NCBI GenBank assembly: GCA_022791875.1
Contig: JAAVZX010000042.1
Span: 42,911 to 106,910, forward strand
Length of the DNA stretch: 64,000 nt
Reading direction: 5' to 3'
From: Oscillibacter sp.
GTDB taxonomy: Bacteria; Bacillota; Clostridia; Oscillospirales; Oscillospiraceae
The notes beneath the pieces are model-generated. The model was not told the DNA's origin and did no database searches. It saw only the letters and a program-made list of their open reading frames with translations. The position numbers and the translations under genes were made by a program. Shown in pieces: positions 39,372 through 49,510 of this stretch (its first letter is position 1; every line of letters begins with the position of its first letter).

Positions 39372-39401
39372 ACTATACCAGATCCACACCCTTTTTGTCA
39401 A
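39372..39401 (-). promoter_or_regulatory. Sigma-A promoter of the tRNA cluster
   Basis: TTGACA-N18-TATAGT with TG upstream of the -10. Confidence 0.7.
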
Positions 39402-39470
39402 GCATTTCTTTCATTTTTTTCTGATTTCTTTTTCCAATCCGCCCCGCGCCTCCCAGGCCCGCTGCCATAT

Positions 39471-39644
39471 ATGGAGGCCCAGTACAACGCCGGTGTTATG
39501 TACATGTACGGCGACGGGGTGGAAGTGGACCTGGTGAAGGCCAAAGCGTGGCTGGAGAAGTCCGCGGCTCAGGGATACAGCGACGCGGCTGGGGCTTTGG
39601 AGACACTCCTTGACGATCTGGAGGGCCTCTCTGGAGGCGGCTGA
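39471..39644 (+). pseudogene. Single Sel1-repeat remnant
   Basis: AQYNAGVMYMYGDGVEVDLVKAKAWLEKSAAQG; no evident RBS. Confidence 0.7.
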
Positions 39645-39658
39645 CAAGACAGTAAGCA

Positions 39659-39692
39659 AAGCGGCCAGCACATAAGCTGGCCGCTTCTCTTT
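39659..39692. terminator. Terminator between convergent genes
   Basis: AAGCGGCCAGC-ACATAA-GCTGGCCGCTT. Confidence 0.7.
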
Positions 39693-39710
39693 GCGCTTTT
39701 CAGGACTGCC

Positions 39711-41846
39711 TCAGCCCTTGACCTCCAGGACCGGCGCGCCGGGCTGGATCTCGCCGGACGCGGTAGCCTTCACGCTGGCGTAGTCGTCGGTATTGCAGAC
39801 GATCATGGGCGTGGTGCAGAGATACCCGGCGGCTTTCACAGCCTCCATGTCGAAGGAGATGAGCAAATCCCCCTTCTTCACCTTCTGCCCCACCTCCACG
39901 TGGGCCGTAAAGTGCTTTCCGCCCAGCTCCACCGTGTTGATGCCGATGTGGAGCAGGATTTCCACGCCGTCCTCCGTCACCAGGCCGATGGCGTGATGGG
40001 TGTCGAAGAGGTTGTCGACCTCGCCGTTGGCAGGGGCGTACAGCCTGCCCTCGCTGGGCTCGATAGCTACGCCGTCGCCCAGGATGCAGTTGGAGAACGC
40101 CTCGTCCTGGACCTCGCTCATGGGCACGACGGTGCCCTTCATGTGGGCCGCGAGAACGGAGTCCTTCACCTTCACCGCGGGCTTCTCCGCCTCCTTCTGC
40201 ACGGGGGCGGGAGCATCCAGAGCGTCCAGGCGGTCCGACTCGGGGGAGTCGATGAAGTCCATCAAGTTCGACTTGATCACGGCCACCTGGGGTCCGTAGA
40301 CCACCTGGACGCCGTTGCCCTTGTGAATGACGCCGGAGGCGCCGGACTGCTTCAGCAGCACGTCGCTCACCTTCCCGGCGTCGGCGACCGTCACCCGGAG
40401 GCGGGTGGCGCAGCAGTCCACGTCAGACAGGTTTCCCTTGCCGCCCAGGCCCTTGAGAATCATGGCGGACACCGGGTCGGACACGCCGCCCGCGGGGGAA
40501 GAGCCGTCGGGGCCCACGCCGGTCTTGGCCTTGAAGTCGGAGCGGGTGAAGAGCTTCGTCTCCTCCCCCTCGTCCTCCCGGCCCGGGGTCTTGAGGTCCA
40601 TTTTGGTGATCATGAAGTAGAAGGTGAAGTAGTAGACCACGAAGTACACGACGCCCACGATCACCACCCAGATCCAGTGGGTCTTCGCGTTGCCCTGGAG
40701 GATGCCGAAGAGGGTCAGGTCGATGACGCCGCCGGAGAAGGTCATGCCCACACCCACCTTGAAGATGTGCATCAGCATGTAGGACAGGCCCGCATAGACA
40801 CAGTGGACCGCGTACATCAGGGGGGCAACGAAGAGGAAGGTGAATTCCAGCGGTTCGGTGATGCCGGTGAGCATGGCCGTCAGGGCCGCGGAGGCCAGGA
40901 GGCCACCGGCGACTTTGCGCTTCTCCGGCTTCGCCGCGCGGTACATGGCCAGGGCCGCGCCGGGCAGGCCGAAAATCATCAGGGGGAACTTGCCCGCCAT
41001 GAAGCGGGTGGCCTCCACGGAGAAGACTTCCGTGGAGCGGGAGGCCAGCTCCGCGAAGAAGATGTTCTGCGCGCCCTGGACGGTCACGCCGTCAATGACC
41101 GCCGTGCCGCCCACCGCGGTCTGCCAGAAGGGCATGTAGAAGACGTGGTGCAGGCCGAAGGGAATCAGGGCCCGCTCCAGGAGGCCGTAGATCCAGGTGC
41201 CCGCGTAGCCGGAGCGGATCACCAGGTCGCCCAGGGCCGCGATGCCCATCTGGACGACGGGCCAGACGTAGAACATGGCAATGCCCACCACGACGAAGAC
41301 CGCTGTGCAGACGATGGGCACGAAGCGGGTGCCGCCGAAGAAGGAGAGGACTTGAGGGAGCTGGATCTTATAGAAGCGGTTGTGGAGCGCCGCCACGCCC
41401 AGGCCCACGATGATGCCGCCGAACACACCCATTTGCAGAGTGGTGATGCCCAGCATGGTGGTCGTGGTGTTGGTGGCCATGGCCTCCACGCCGCCCCGGG
41501 CCGTGATCATGGCGGAGATGGCCGTGTTCATGACCAGGTAGGCAATCGCGCCGGAGAGGGCCGCTACGTCCTTCTCCTTCTTCGCCATGCCGATGGCAAC
41601 GCCCATGGCGAAAAGGAGGGCCAGGTTGTTGAAGACCGCGCTGCCGCACTGGTTCATGATGTCCAGAATGGTGTAGACCAGGCCGCCCTCGTAGATGACG
41701 CCTGTGAGGCCGTAAGCCTCCAGCATGGTCTGGTTCGTGAAGGAGCTGCCGATGCCCAGCAGCAGGCCCGCTACGGGAAGCAGGGCGATGGGGAGCATGA
41801 AGGAGCGGCCGACCCGCTGCAGGACTCCGAAGACTTTGTCTTTCAT
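39711..41846 (-). CDS. PTS transporter IICBA, glucose/glucoside family
   Basis: LQRVGRSFMLPIALLP, GITEPLEF, DCCATRLR, THHA..HIGINTV. Confidence 0.93.
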   Translation of the reverse strand: MKDKVFGVLQRVGRSFMLPIALLPVAGLLLGIGSSFTNQTMLEAYGLTGVIYEGGLVYTILDIMNQCGSAVFNNLALLFAMGVAIGMAKKEKDVAALSGAIAYLVMNTAISAMITARGGVEAMATNTTTTMLGITTLQMGVFGGIIVGLGVAALHNRFYKIQLPQVLSFFGGTRFVPIVCTAVFVVVGIAMFYVWPVVQMGIAALGDLVIRSGYAGTWIYGLLERALIPFGLHHVFYMPFWQTAVGGTAVIDGVTVQGAQNIFFAELASRSTEVFSVEATRFMAGKFPLMIFGLPGAALAMYRAAKPEKRKVAGGLLASAALTAMLTGITEPLEFTFLFVAPLMYAVHCVYAGLSYMLMHIFKVGVGMTFSGGVIDLTLFGILQGNAKTHWIWVVIVGVVYFVVYYFTFYFMITKMDLKTPGREDEGEETKLFTRSDFKAKTGVGPDGSSPAGGVSDPVSAMILKGLGGKGNLSDVDCCATRLRVTVADAGKVSDVLLKQSGASGVIHKGNGVQVVYGPQVAVIKSNLMDFIDSPESDRLDALDAPAPVQKEAEKPAVKVKDSVLAAHMKGTVVPMSEVQDEAFSNCILGDGVAIEPSEGRLYAPANGEVDNLFDTHHAIGLVTEDGVEILLHIGINTVELGGKHFTAHVEVGQKVKKGDLLISFDMEAVKAAGYLCTTPMIVCNTDDYASVKATASGEIQPGAPVLEVKG

Positions 41847-42011
41847 GAAAACGCCTCCTGTAAAGTTGATGGGAAAAATGGGAAAAATATGCGGCGGGGG
41901 GACCGGACTGCGCAGGCTCAGGCCCCCGGATCTATCAACCCATCCCGCGCCGGCCGGACGTCTCCGGCGTACGCCGCATGGGCTTCGCCCAAATGTGTGG
42001 TGCCGGGCGGC

Positions 42012-42878
42012 TCACGGATTCCCCGGCGGGGGCGGCTCCGTTTTCGAGAGGTTGATCCGCTTGAGGTGGATGGTGAGGTACACCAATTCCTCGTTGGAAA
42101 CCTCCTTGCCGTAGGCGTTCTGAATGTATTCCGCGATGCACTGGGCGCACTTGTAGTGCTGCCTGCAGCTTCTGATGATCATCTCCTGGAAGTCGGGGTC
42201 GTAGTCCCCGGAGGCCCCCGGCGCGGCCTGGAAAAGGCGCTGGGCGAAGTAGCGGAGGTGGACCACAAAGCGGCTGAAATCCAGGGATTCCCGGTCAAAA
42301 CGGCGCTGGTAGTAGTATTCCACCACCTCCAGGGCCCCCTCGATCAGCTTTGTGATGTCGTACATCACGCTCATGCTGGTGTTCAGCTCGGCGTTGACGA
42401 TGTGGAGGGCGATGAAGGCCGCTTCGCTGGGGTTCAGGTCCGTGCGGGTTTCCTCCTGGATCATCCGCAGGCAGTGCCGGCCCAGGCGGTACTCGGCGGG
42501 GTAGTAGCTCATGATGGCCCCCTGGAGGGGGTTCACGAACTCGATGCCCTGCTCCTTGCGCTTGATGGCGAAGCTGATGTGGTCGGCCAGGGTGATGAGC
42601 AGGGATTCGTTCAGGGGCGCGGGGAGCTGGCACTTGATGTACTCGATAAGGTCCTGGGTGAGGCGAAGGTGGTCCAGGGGGATCTGCTCGCAGAGCTCCC
42701 GGAGCTTGCGCTGCTCGGCCTTGTTCTCCATGCGGTACGTCTTCTCGAAGAGGGCTGGGTCCACCCGCTCGCCAATCTTGCGCTTGAAGCCGAGGCCCTT
42801 GCCGGTGACGATCATTTCGTTGCCCTTGTTGTCCACGACGCAGAGGATGTTGTTGTTGATGACCTTTTTGATCCGCAA
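42012..42878 (-). CDS. BglG/LicT-family PRD antiterminator
   Basis: IKKVINNN..GKGLGF, LADHI, ALHI, YLTIHL. Confidence 0.93.
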   Translation of the reverse strand: MRIKKVINNNILCVVDNKGNEMIVTGKGLGFKRKIGERVDPALFEKTYRMENKAEQRKLRELCEQIPLDHLRLTQDLIEYIKCQLPAPLNESLLITLADHISFAIKRKEQGIEFVNPLQGAIMSYYPAEYRLGRHCLRMIQEETRTDLNPSEAAFIALHIVNAELNTSMSVMYDITKLIEGALEVVEYYYQRRFDRESLDFSRFVVHLRYFAQRLFQAAPGASGDYDPDFQEMIIRSCRQHYKCAQCIAEYIQNAYGKEVSNEELVYLTIHLKRINLSKTEPPPPGNP

Positions 42879-42965
42879 GTCCTCCAGCCTCCCTCAAAAA
42901 AACAGACCAGCCCTATCCAGAGATTCCCCCGCCGGAAAAGAGGGGGATCATACACGGACAGAGTT

Positions 42966-42994
42966 GGTCAAGCCCGAAAAGACGGTAACATTCC
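42966..42994 (-). promoter_or_regulatory. RAT (ribonucleic antiterminator) site
   Basis: GGAATGTTACCGTCTTTTCGGGCTTGACC resembles the BglG/LicT RAT consensus. Confidence 0.6.
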
Positions 42995-43101
42995 AACAAT
43001 CAATTGTTAAGAATATGTTACCGTCTCGCCGGGGAAAAGTCAAGGGGGAAATGGGCGGCGGGGTCAGGTTTCTACTGATTGCACAATCTCTGGGGGGATT
43101 T

Positions 43102-46092
43102 TTAGAGCAGTTTTCCATATATGGAAGGGGGCAGAGCAGAACCTTGTCCGCCGGAGGCTGTATGAGCCTGCTGCTGTTCCGGACTGGGCATTACCCACAA
43201 AAGTGTCTGCTCAGTTTGAGGGTAAACGTTTTTTAACCGGTGGATGTTGACTGCCATTTGCAGAATAATCTGGTCCTGGGGGACAGAGAGATCTACAGAC
43301 AGAAGCTCCTGAATTTTCAGAATTTTTTTGTGGAGGGTGTTTCTGTGCAGACCGCTACACCGGGACGCCTTGCTGATGTAGAAATTGGCGTCCGCGTAGG
43401 CTATCAGCGCATCCAGCAGATTGGCCCGGTACTTTTTATCATATTTCAGAAGGGGTTCAATCATGGATTGGTGCAGATGCTGAAAGATCGGGCTGCCCCA
43501 CATCGTGGAAATCATGTGGTAAATAATATAATCCTTGTAATAATATACCTGTCTGTCCGGATGAAGGGCGCTTCCCAGCGTTATGGCAAAATTGGCTTCC
43601 TTATAGATCTCCGAGAGCTTGTCAATGCTTTGGCAGGACTGGCTGATGCTGATCCTGACAGGGGAAGCAGGAAAGCGCTGGCTGATGTTCCCGCTGAGCT
43701 GAGACAGAAATACCGGCATATTGACCGTATGGCCGGAGCCGGCGGTTTCCAGCAGAAGCGTAGCAGAGCCGGCGGCATTCCCGCACCGGAAAACATGAAA
43801 GGTGTCGGAGAAGAGGCGCTCAATCTCATCTAAAACCTGCTGTCTGCCGGAACAGTCTGGAAAGGTGTGGGATATGATTGCCACGTAACGCTGGCGGTGA
43901 ACCGAAACGCCGAACCGGAAGCACTCTCTCCGCAGCTGCTTATCATTGCATTGGAAGTGGTCAATCATCAGATTGCGGTAAAATTCCAGCTTTGATTTGC
44001 TGGAAACAGAGTTGTTCTGTGACAGCATCCATACGGCGACGTAGGGCGAGAGACGCTCCAGAACCTGAAGTTCGGCTGCGGACGCCTGTCCTGACTGCTC
44101 ATAGTTGATTGTCAGATATGCCAGAATATGATTCCCACGCATGACTTTAAGGGCGATAAACCGCAGCTGTCCCATACGGAAGCAGATGAAATTCCCCGCA
44201 TTTTGCAGCTGGGAGGCGCTTTTCTCCAAAACATTGGAGATATTCAGTAAAATCAGGGAGTTGTGCTTTGTAAAGCCTGAAAAATCCTCTGCTGAAATCA
44301 GATCAATTGGGTGGCGGATATAGGTGTTGGCCAAATTGAGAAGATTTTCCAGCGTATGGGGGATGGCAGCCAGCTCCTGAATTCTTCTGTCAAATTCCAG
44401 GGCTTCCGGATATAGCTCCGGAGAATAGGGCAGCTGATACTGCCACTGGATCACCGGCTCACGCTTCGGAATTTCTGAGGAGAACATGACCGATTGAAAG
44501 GCGGAGGGAGCATTCCGCAGAAGCTGATCCAGAATCAGAAGCAGATGGATCAGGAGCTGGTTTTCCTGGCTCTTCAGATCCATTTCCAGAATATCACAAA
44601 TAGCGGCCAGCCGGTCATACAGGCTGTTCCGGTGAAGAAAGAGCCTGCCGGCCGCTTTCTGTACACTGAAATTACAGGAAGAGAGAACAGAAAGGGTGTG
44701 GAGCATCTCCAGACCTACATCGCCATGATAGTCCCGGAGCTTATCAACGGTGGAGCTGTACAGCTTCAAAAAAATCGTGCTTTCTTTCAGATAATCCACC
44801 ATGTAGTAAAGGAGATAGCGGTCAAAAAGATAGATATCCGTATCAGGAGTGAGGATATAGCCGATGCGAAGCAGGGCAAGGGATTCATAGCAGCTGTCAG
44901 CAACCTCATAGAGCTGGTCAAAGGGCTTTCCGACCCCCATAACCGCAGGGTGACAGTCCTGAACAGCTGTCTGGTCATTCAAGGCGGCGAGGAAGGGACG
45001 GAGCAGCATTTCCAGTGCGTCAGCACAGTCCGGAATGTTTCCCGCAATCAAAAGAACCAAAAGCGTTGGTTCCGGAAAGGCATAATACTCTGCCGGAAAG
45101 GGACAGAGGGGCAGGAGCTGCCGGGTAAATATATCCTCCGTCTTTACAGCGCCGGACAGCCAGACGGTCAGAACGGTCCGCCGCTGCTCTACAGGACAAT
45201 CCAAAAGACGGGCATTTTCTATGACGGCCCTGGGATCGCGGCTTCGCTCTGTGAAGAGCAGATCGTGAAAAAAGGCATCTCTGCTCCGCTGCTGGTATTG
45301 CAGATTTCGCATCAGCTCCAGGACGTAGGAGGCGATGTGGGGAAGGCACTCCTGAATTATGGGAAAGTCTGTATCCGGAAACAGAGAAGGGCAGGAGGAA
45401 AGGGTCAGATAGCCCAGGGCATTCTGTGCGGCCCGGACAGAAAACGCGTATGCCTGCCCCTTTGGGGTCTGAAAGGAGATGTGGGCAGCGTCTGAATGAG
45501 CTGACAGAAGCGGTGCCAAAGCGCTCAGGGTTTCCTCGTCTGTATAGAAGCCGGATAAGAGCGGGAAATGAATATCGGGAAAAAACAGCCCTGCTTTACA
45601 GCCCAGGAACTCATTCAGCAGCTGGAGGCATACCCTGGGCGCGTTTTTGGAGCTGGATAACCCCTCTGCCAGACGCTTGGAAAACACACTGGACAGCCAG
45701 GGGATATATGCCCCTGCCAGCAGGTTCAGGCAGCCGTCCAGCATCAGCGGCAGATCACAGGGCGCGATAATTGTACAGACCGGAATGGAAGAAGCTTTCT
45801 TTGCCAGCAGTGCCCGGCAGGCACGCTCTTCTCCCGGCGGGAGGAAGAAGCATGCTCCGGCGATCCGGCGTTCTGCCAGTGCATCCCAGAATAGCGGAAT
45901 TTGCTGTGAGCACAGGGGGTTTTTGGAAAAGTCTGCAAGGACAAAGGCACCGGGCAATATGGCAGAAACATCCTCTTTGCTGCGGATCAGCACACACCGA
46001 TCCGCGGAAATTTCAGCGGCTGCTTCGCCGGAGAGGGGAACCGCATAGCGAAACGCAAAGTGCAGGGGAGTCTTGTTCAACAGCAGGGCCAT
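43102..46092 (-). CDS. PucR/CdaR-family regulator with tandemly duplicated modules
   Basis: Two HTH motifs LFLHRNSLYDRL and GLHRNTLHKKI, each after a GGDEF-like segment. Confidence 0.8.
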   Translation of the reverse strand: MALLLNKTPLHFAFRYAVPLSGEAAAEISADRCVLIRSKEDVSAILPGAFVLADFSKNPLCSQQIPLFWDALAERRIAGACFFLPPGEERACRALLAKKASSIPVCTIIAPCDLPLMLDGCLNLLAGAYIPWLSSVFSKRLAEGLSSSKNAPRVCLQLLNEFLGCKAGLFFPDIHFPLLSGFYTDEETLSALAPLLSAHSDAAHISFQTPKGQAYAFSVRAAQNALGYLTLSSCPSLFPDTDFPIIQECLPHIASYVLELMRNLQYQQRSRDAFFHDLLFTERSRDPRAVIENARLLDCPVEQRRTVLTVWLSGAVKTEDIFTRQLLPLCPFPAEYYAFPEPTLLVLLIAGNIPDCADALEMLLRPFLAALNDQTAVQDCHPAVMGVGKPFDQLYEVADSCYESLALLRIGYILTPDTDIYLFDRYLLYYMVDYLKESTIFLKLYSSTVDKLRDYHGDVGLEMLHTLSVLSSCNFSVQKAAGRLFLHRNSLYDRLAAICDILEMDLKSQENQLLIHLLLILDQLLRNAPSAFQSVMFSSEIPKREPVIQWQYQLPYSPELYPEALEFDRRIQELAAIPHTLENLLNLANTYIRHPIDLISAEDFSGFTKHNSLILLNISNVLEKSASQLQNAGNFICFRMGQLRFIALKVMRGNHILAYLTINYEQSGQASAAELQVLERLSPYVAVWMLSQNNSVSSKSKLEFYRNLMIDHFQCNDKQLRRECFRFGVSVHRQRYVAIISHTFPDCSGRQQVLDEIERLFSDTFHVFRCGNAAGSATLLLETAGSGHTVNMPVFLSQLSGNISQRFPASPVRISISQSCQSIDKLSEIYKEANFAITLGSALHPDRQVYYYKDYIIYHMISTMWGSPIFQHLHQSMIEPLLKYDKKYRANLLDALIAYADANFYISKASRCSGLHRNTLHKKILKIQELLSVDLSVPQDQIILQMAVNIHRLKNVYPQTEQTLLWVMPSPEQQQAHTASGGQGSALPPSIYGKLL

Positions 46093-46278
46093 AGGGCGTC
46101 TCCTTTCGCGGGATATCCCACATTATATGGGATTGCAGAGAAAAAAGCAAGCCGGGGTGTGCAGCCTGCAAGGCAAATTCCCCTGAAAGAGTGTACAATC
46201 GGCAAGCTATTCAAGCCTTCTGAAATTGTTATAATAAGGATACTGCAGCTGAGAAATTTGTTGAAAAGGAGCGATGGT

Positions 46279-47580
46279 ATGGAAAAAGAACAGCTCAGAC
46301 GGCTGAACGAACTGCTGAAAACAGACGTTTTGCCGGCCTTCGGATGCACCGGCCCCATTGCGGTGTCCTATGTGGCCGCTGAGGCGCGGGACGCTGTGGG
46401 GGGAACGCCGAAGAAAATTGTTGTTCGGGCAGATAAAGACATATGCTCGAAAAACGACGATGTAGGGATTCCCGGCACGGCAGTGAAGGGACTGAGGATG
46501 GCGGCCAGTCTGGGTGCCTGGGCCGGAGATCCGGCGGCAAAACTGGAGGTTCTGAAGGGCATCACTCCGGAACAGGAGGCTCAGGCCAGGGCTTTCGCCG
46601 AACAGGGCGACATCGAGATCCTTCCCGACTGGGAAACGGATATCCTCGGAATTTACATTTCCGTGGAGGTGACTACGGAAAACGGCGTCGGCAAGGCCAC
46701 TGTGGCTAAAAAGCACCACAATCTTGTCTACAAGGAGGCCAACGGCACAGTGCTGGCGGACCAGCATTTTGACCGCCAGGCAGGTTTGGACGAGAGCCAT
46801 GACCCCATCAGTGAATATGGCCTGGCAGATTTCTTTTCCTACGCCACACAAATCGACATAGAAGAGCTTTACTGGCTGCGGGAGGCCCTCAGCATGAACA
46901 AGGCTCTGGCGGATATGGCCCTCTCCGGCAAAACCGGCATCGGCCTGGGCCGTATGCTGATGGATAACAGCGGCGGCGACATGGTCCGCCGGGCAAAGGC
47001 GATGGCTGCCGCCGGCTCCGAGGCCCGTATGGGCGGCCTGGATATGCCTACCATGTCCTGCGCCACATCCGGAAACGCGGGCATTACCGGCGCGGTTACT
47101 CTGCTGTCTTTGGCAGAGGATTTGGGAAAGAGCGAGGAAGAGCTCCTGCGGGCACTGGCGCTGTGCTATTTTGTAACCTGCTTTGGCAAGAACCGCATTG
47201 GCCGTCATTCTGCCATGTGTGCATGTGCGGTGGTTGCGTCCTGCGGCGTGGCGGCCGGTACAGTCCTTTTGCTGGGCGGCGGCCTGGAAGAGGTACATAA
47301 TGCCATCAACAACACAATCCTCAATGTCTTTGGCGTCGTCTGCGACGGAGCCCGGTATGGCTGTGCGCTGAAGCTGGCTTCCGCGGCGGGGATTGCCATG
47401 GAAGGGGCCCTGCTGGCCCAAAAGGGAGTGTGTACCCCTGCGGACGAGGGTGTTACCTGTGCCAACGGCGAGGAGACGATCAACTTCATGGGCAGGTTTG
47501 CCAAAAACGGCATGAAGGACACCGACCTCTATCTGTGCAAAGCCTTGTTCAGCAAGCATAACCCGGAAACGGAAGCGTGA
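46279..47580 (+). CDS. Fe-S L-cysteine desulfidase / serine dehydratase alpha-like protein (CyuA/YhaM family)
   Basis: PAFGCTGPIAV, SEARMGG, SGNAG, SAMCAC, CDGARYGCALK. Confidence 0.85.
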   Translation: MEKEQLRRLNELLKTDVLPAFGCTGPIAVSYVAAEARDAVGGTPKKIVVRADKDICSKNDDVGIPGTAVKGLRMAASLGAWAGDPAAKLEVLKGITPEQEAQARAFAEQGDIEILPDWETDILGIYISVEVTTENGVGKATVAKKHHNLVYKEANGTVLADQHFDRQAGLDESHDPISEYGLADFFSYATQIDIEELYWLREALSMNKALADMALSGKTGIGLGRMLMDNSGGDMVRRAKAMAAAGSEARMGGLDMPTMSCATSGNAGITGAVTLLSLAEDLGKSEEELLRALALCYFVTCFGKNRIGRHSAMCACAVVASCGVAAGTVLLLGGGLEEVHNAINNTILNVFGVVCDGARYGCALKLASAAGIAMEGALLAQKGVCTPADEGVTCANGEETINFMGRFAKNGMKDTDLYLCKALFSKHNPETEA

Positions 47581-47735
47581 AAACATGATTTTCCCACAGG
47601 GGGTCATACTGACAAAAGAACCCCCCCTTTTGCGTTGAAATTTCAGTGCGGCGGACTCCGAAGCGCAGCGGCTCCGCTGTCCGCCTGTATCTGATATTTG
47701 TACACACAGGACTGATTGTGACAAGGAGGAAAACG

Positions 47736-48860
47736 ATGAAAAAGCGGAACATGTCCCGAATCACGGCCCTTCTTCTGGCTGTGGCAATGCTTCTGTCTCT
47801 TGCGGCCTGCGGCGGGTCCGGCAGCCAGCCGGACTCCGGCAGCAGCTCTGGTTCCGGCGGCGCCGGCAGCGGTGCGTCAGGCGGCAGCGCTGCCCCGGCG
47901 GATGCCATTGAATGGAGCCTCGGCACCACGGATTCTGACCCGGAAACCTCTTCCATGAATTCCTTCGCTGACTTTACAAGGGCATTCTGCGACCTGGTGA
48001 ATGAGCGGGCCGAAGGACGTCTGGTCATTACGCCCTATTACAACTCCGTTTTGGGCGGCGATGTTCAGCTCCTGAACGATGTCCGCGACGGAAACCTGGA
48101 GATCTGCCACATCAATCCCATGTCCGGCATCGACCCCCGTTTCGGCTTCAAGGCGCTGCCCTACCTCTTTGAGGACTTCGAGCAGGTCCGGGAGCTGATG
48201 GCCAACCCTGACGGAGAGCTGTTCCAGATTATCAAGGACATCTGCGCCGAGCAGAACACCTATTGCCTGTCCGTGGGCGAGGGCATCATGCGCGGATTCC
48301 TCAATTCCAAGCATCCCGTCCGCACTGTGGCGGACCTGAAAGACCTGACCTGCCGTGTTTATGAGGACCCCTGCGTGTCCGCTTTCTGGAGCCCGATCTG
48401 CAACGCCTCCATCCTCTCCTGGAGCGAATGCTACACCTCTCTCCAGACCGGCACCGTGGACGGAATGGAGTCTGCCGCTACAATCTCCTGCTCCAGCAAA
48501 TTCTATGAGGTCACCGACTACTACACGGATATCGACTGGCAGTGGGTCGGCGAATTCCTGATTCTCAACCAGGACTGCTGGGATGAGCTGGACCCGGATT
48601 TGCAGGAAATTGTCCAGCAGGCCGCCTGGGAGGCCGCTGAGGTGGAGTCTGAAAAGGCCGCCGAGTACCGGGAGCAGGCATACGCCATGCTGGAGGACAA
48701 CGGCGTTGAGGTCACCCTTCTGAGCGAAGCGGAAAAGGCTGAGTGGGTGAAATACGGCCGCTCCTGCTATGAGCCTATCCGGGAGATTGTGGGCGCGGAG
48801 ACCTATGATCGTGTCATTGGGATTCTGGAGGAATCCAACTCGGCGAGAAACGCCGGATAA
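47736..48860 (+). CDS. dctP: TRAP transporter substrate-binding lipoprotein
   Basis: Lipobox LAAC; DLKDLTCRV, ECYTSLQTGTVDGME. Confidence 0.9.
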   Translation: MKKRNMSRITALLLAVAMLLSLAACGGSGSQPDSGSSSGSGGAGSGASGGSAAPADAIEWSLGTTDSDPETSSMNSFADFTRAFCDLVNERAEGRLVITPYYNSVLGGDVQLLNDVRDGNLEICHINPMSGIDPRFGFKALPYLFEDFEQVRELMANPDGELFQIIKDICAEQNTYCLSVGEGIMRGFLNSKHPVRTVADLKDLTCRVYEDPCVSAFWSPICNASILSWSECYTSLQTGTVDGMESAATISCSSKFYEVTDYYTDIDWQWVGEFLILNQDCWDELDPDLQEIVQQAAWEAAEVESEKAAEYREQAYAMLEDNGVEVTLLSEAEKAEWVKYGRSCYEPIREIVGAETYDRVIGILEESNSARNAG

Positions 48861-49021
48861 GCTCTGGTTCATCCGCCTGATCTCAGAGCAAAGCAGTTTG
48901 CTGCACCGTCAGAGCGGCGTCCATCACCACCGGGCGCCGCTCTGCGTCCATAGACGGTTCTGCGGGCTCCGTTTTCCGGGTGCCTGCGTGAGGCCGATTC
49001 TGCCAGAAAGCGAGGCGAGCC

Positions 49022-49510
49022 ATGAAATTTCTGCAAAAGCTGTACGATGGACTGGACAGGCTTCTGAGCGTGATTGTAGCGCTCCTTATGATGCTGATCA
49101 CTTTTGAGATTTTTGTTCAGGTCATCTTTCGTTATTTCCTGCACAAATCCATGGGTGGTTTTGAAGAGCTGCCGGTATTTATGCTGATTACCTGCGTATG
49201 GCTGGGAGGCATCCTGGTGGCAAAGCACAATGACCACGTGAAGATCGACATCATTACCCAGTCCATCAAAAACGAAAAGGTACAGGCGGTGCTGAACACG
49301 GCAACCAGTCTGCTGACTGCCGTTTGCGCCGGGTTCTACACGGTCCTGGACTGGCAGTTTGTCACCAAAGCCATGGAGCACAGGTCCCTTTCTCCGGGAC
49401 TGCAGTTTCCCCTCTGGTATGTTTACGCGGTTACCCTGGTCGGCTCAGCCCTTGCCGCGCTCTTCTTCCTCATCAACGCCGTGAAAGAGATAAGGAGGTT
49501 GTGGAAATGA
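49022..49510 (+). CDS. dctQ: TRAP transporter small permease
   Basis: QVIFRY, EEL, HVKID; four TM helices. Confidence 0.9.
   Translation: MKFLQKLYDGLDRLLSVIVALLMMLITFEIFVQVIFRYFLHKSMGGFEELPVFMLITCVWLGGILVAKHNDHVKIDIITQSIKNEKVQAVLNTATSLLTAVCAGFYTVLDWQFVTKAMEHRSLSPGLQFPLWYVYAVTLVGSALAALFFLINAVKEIRRLWK

Noticed and set aside
41890-41945. Second RAT site upstream of the PTS gene
   Set aside because: Only GGCCTGAG resembles the consensus; too degenerate to call
39900-43010. 1036-aa plus-strand ORF
   Set aside because: Mirror frame of the PTS and antiterminator genes
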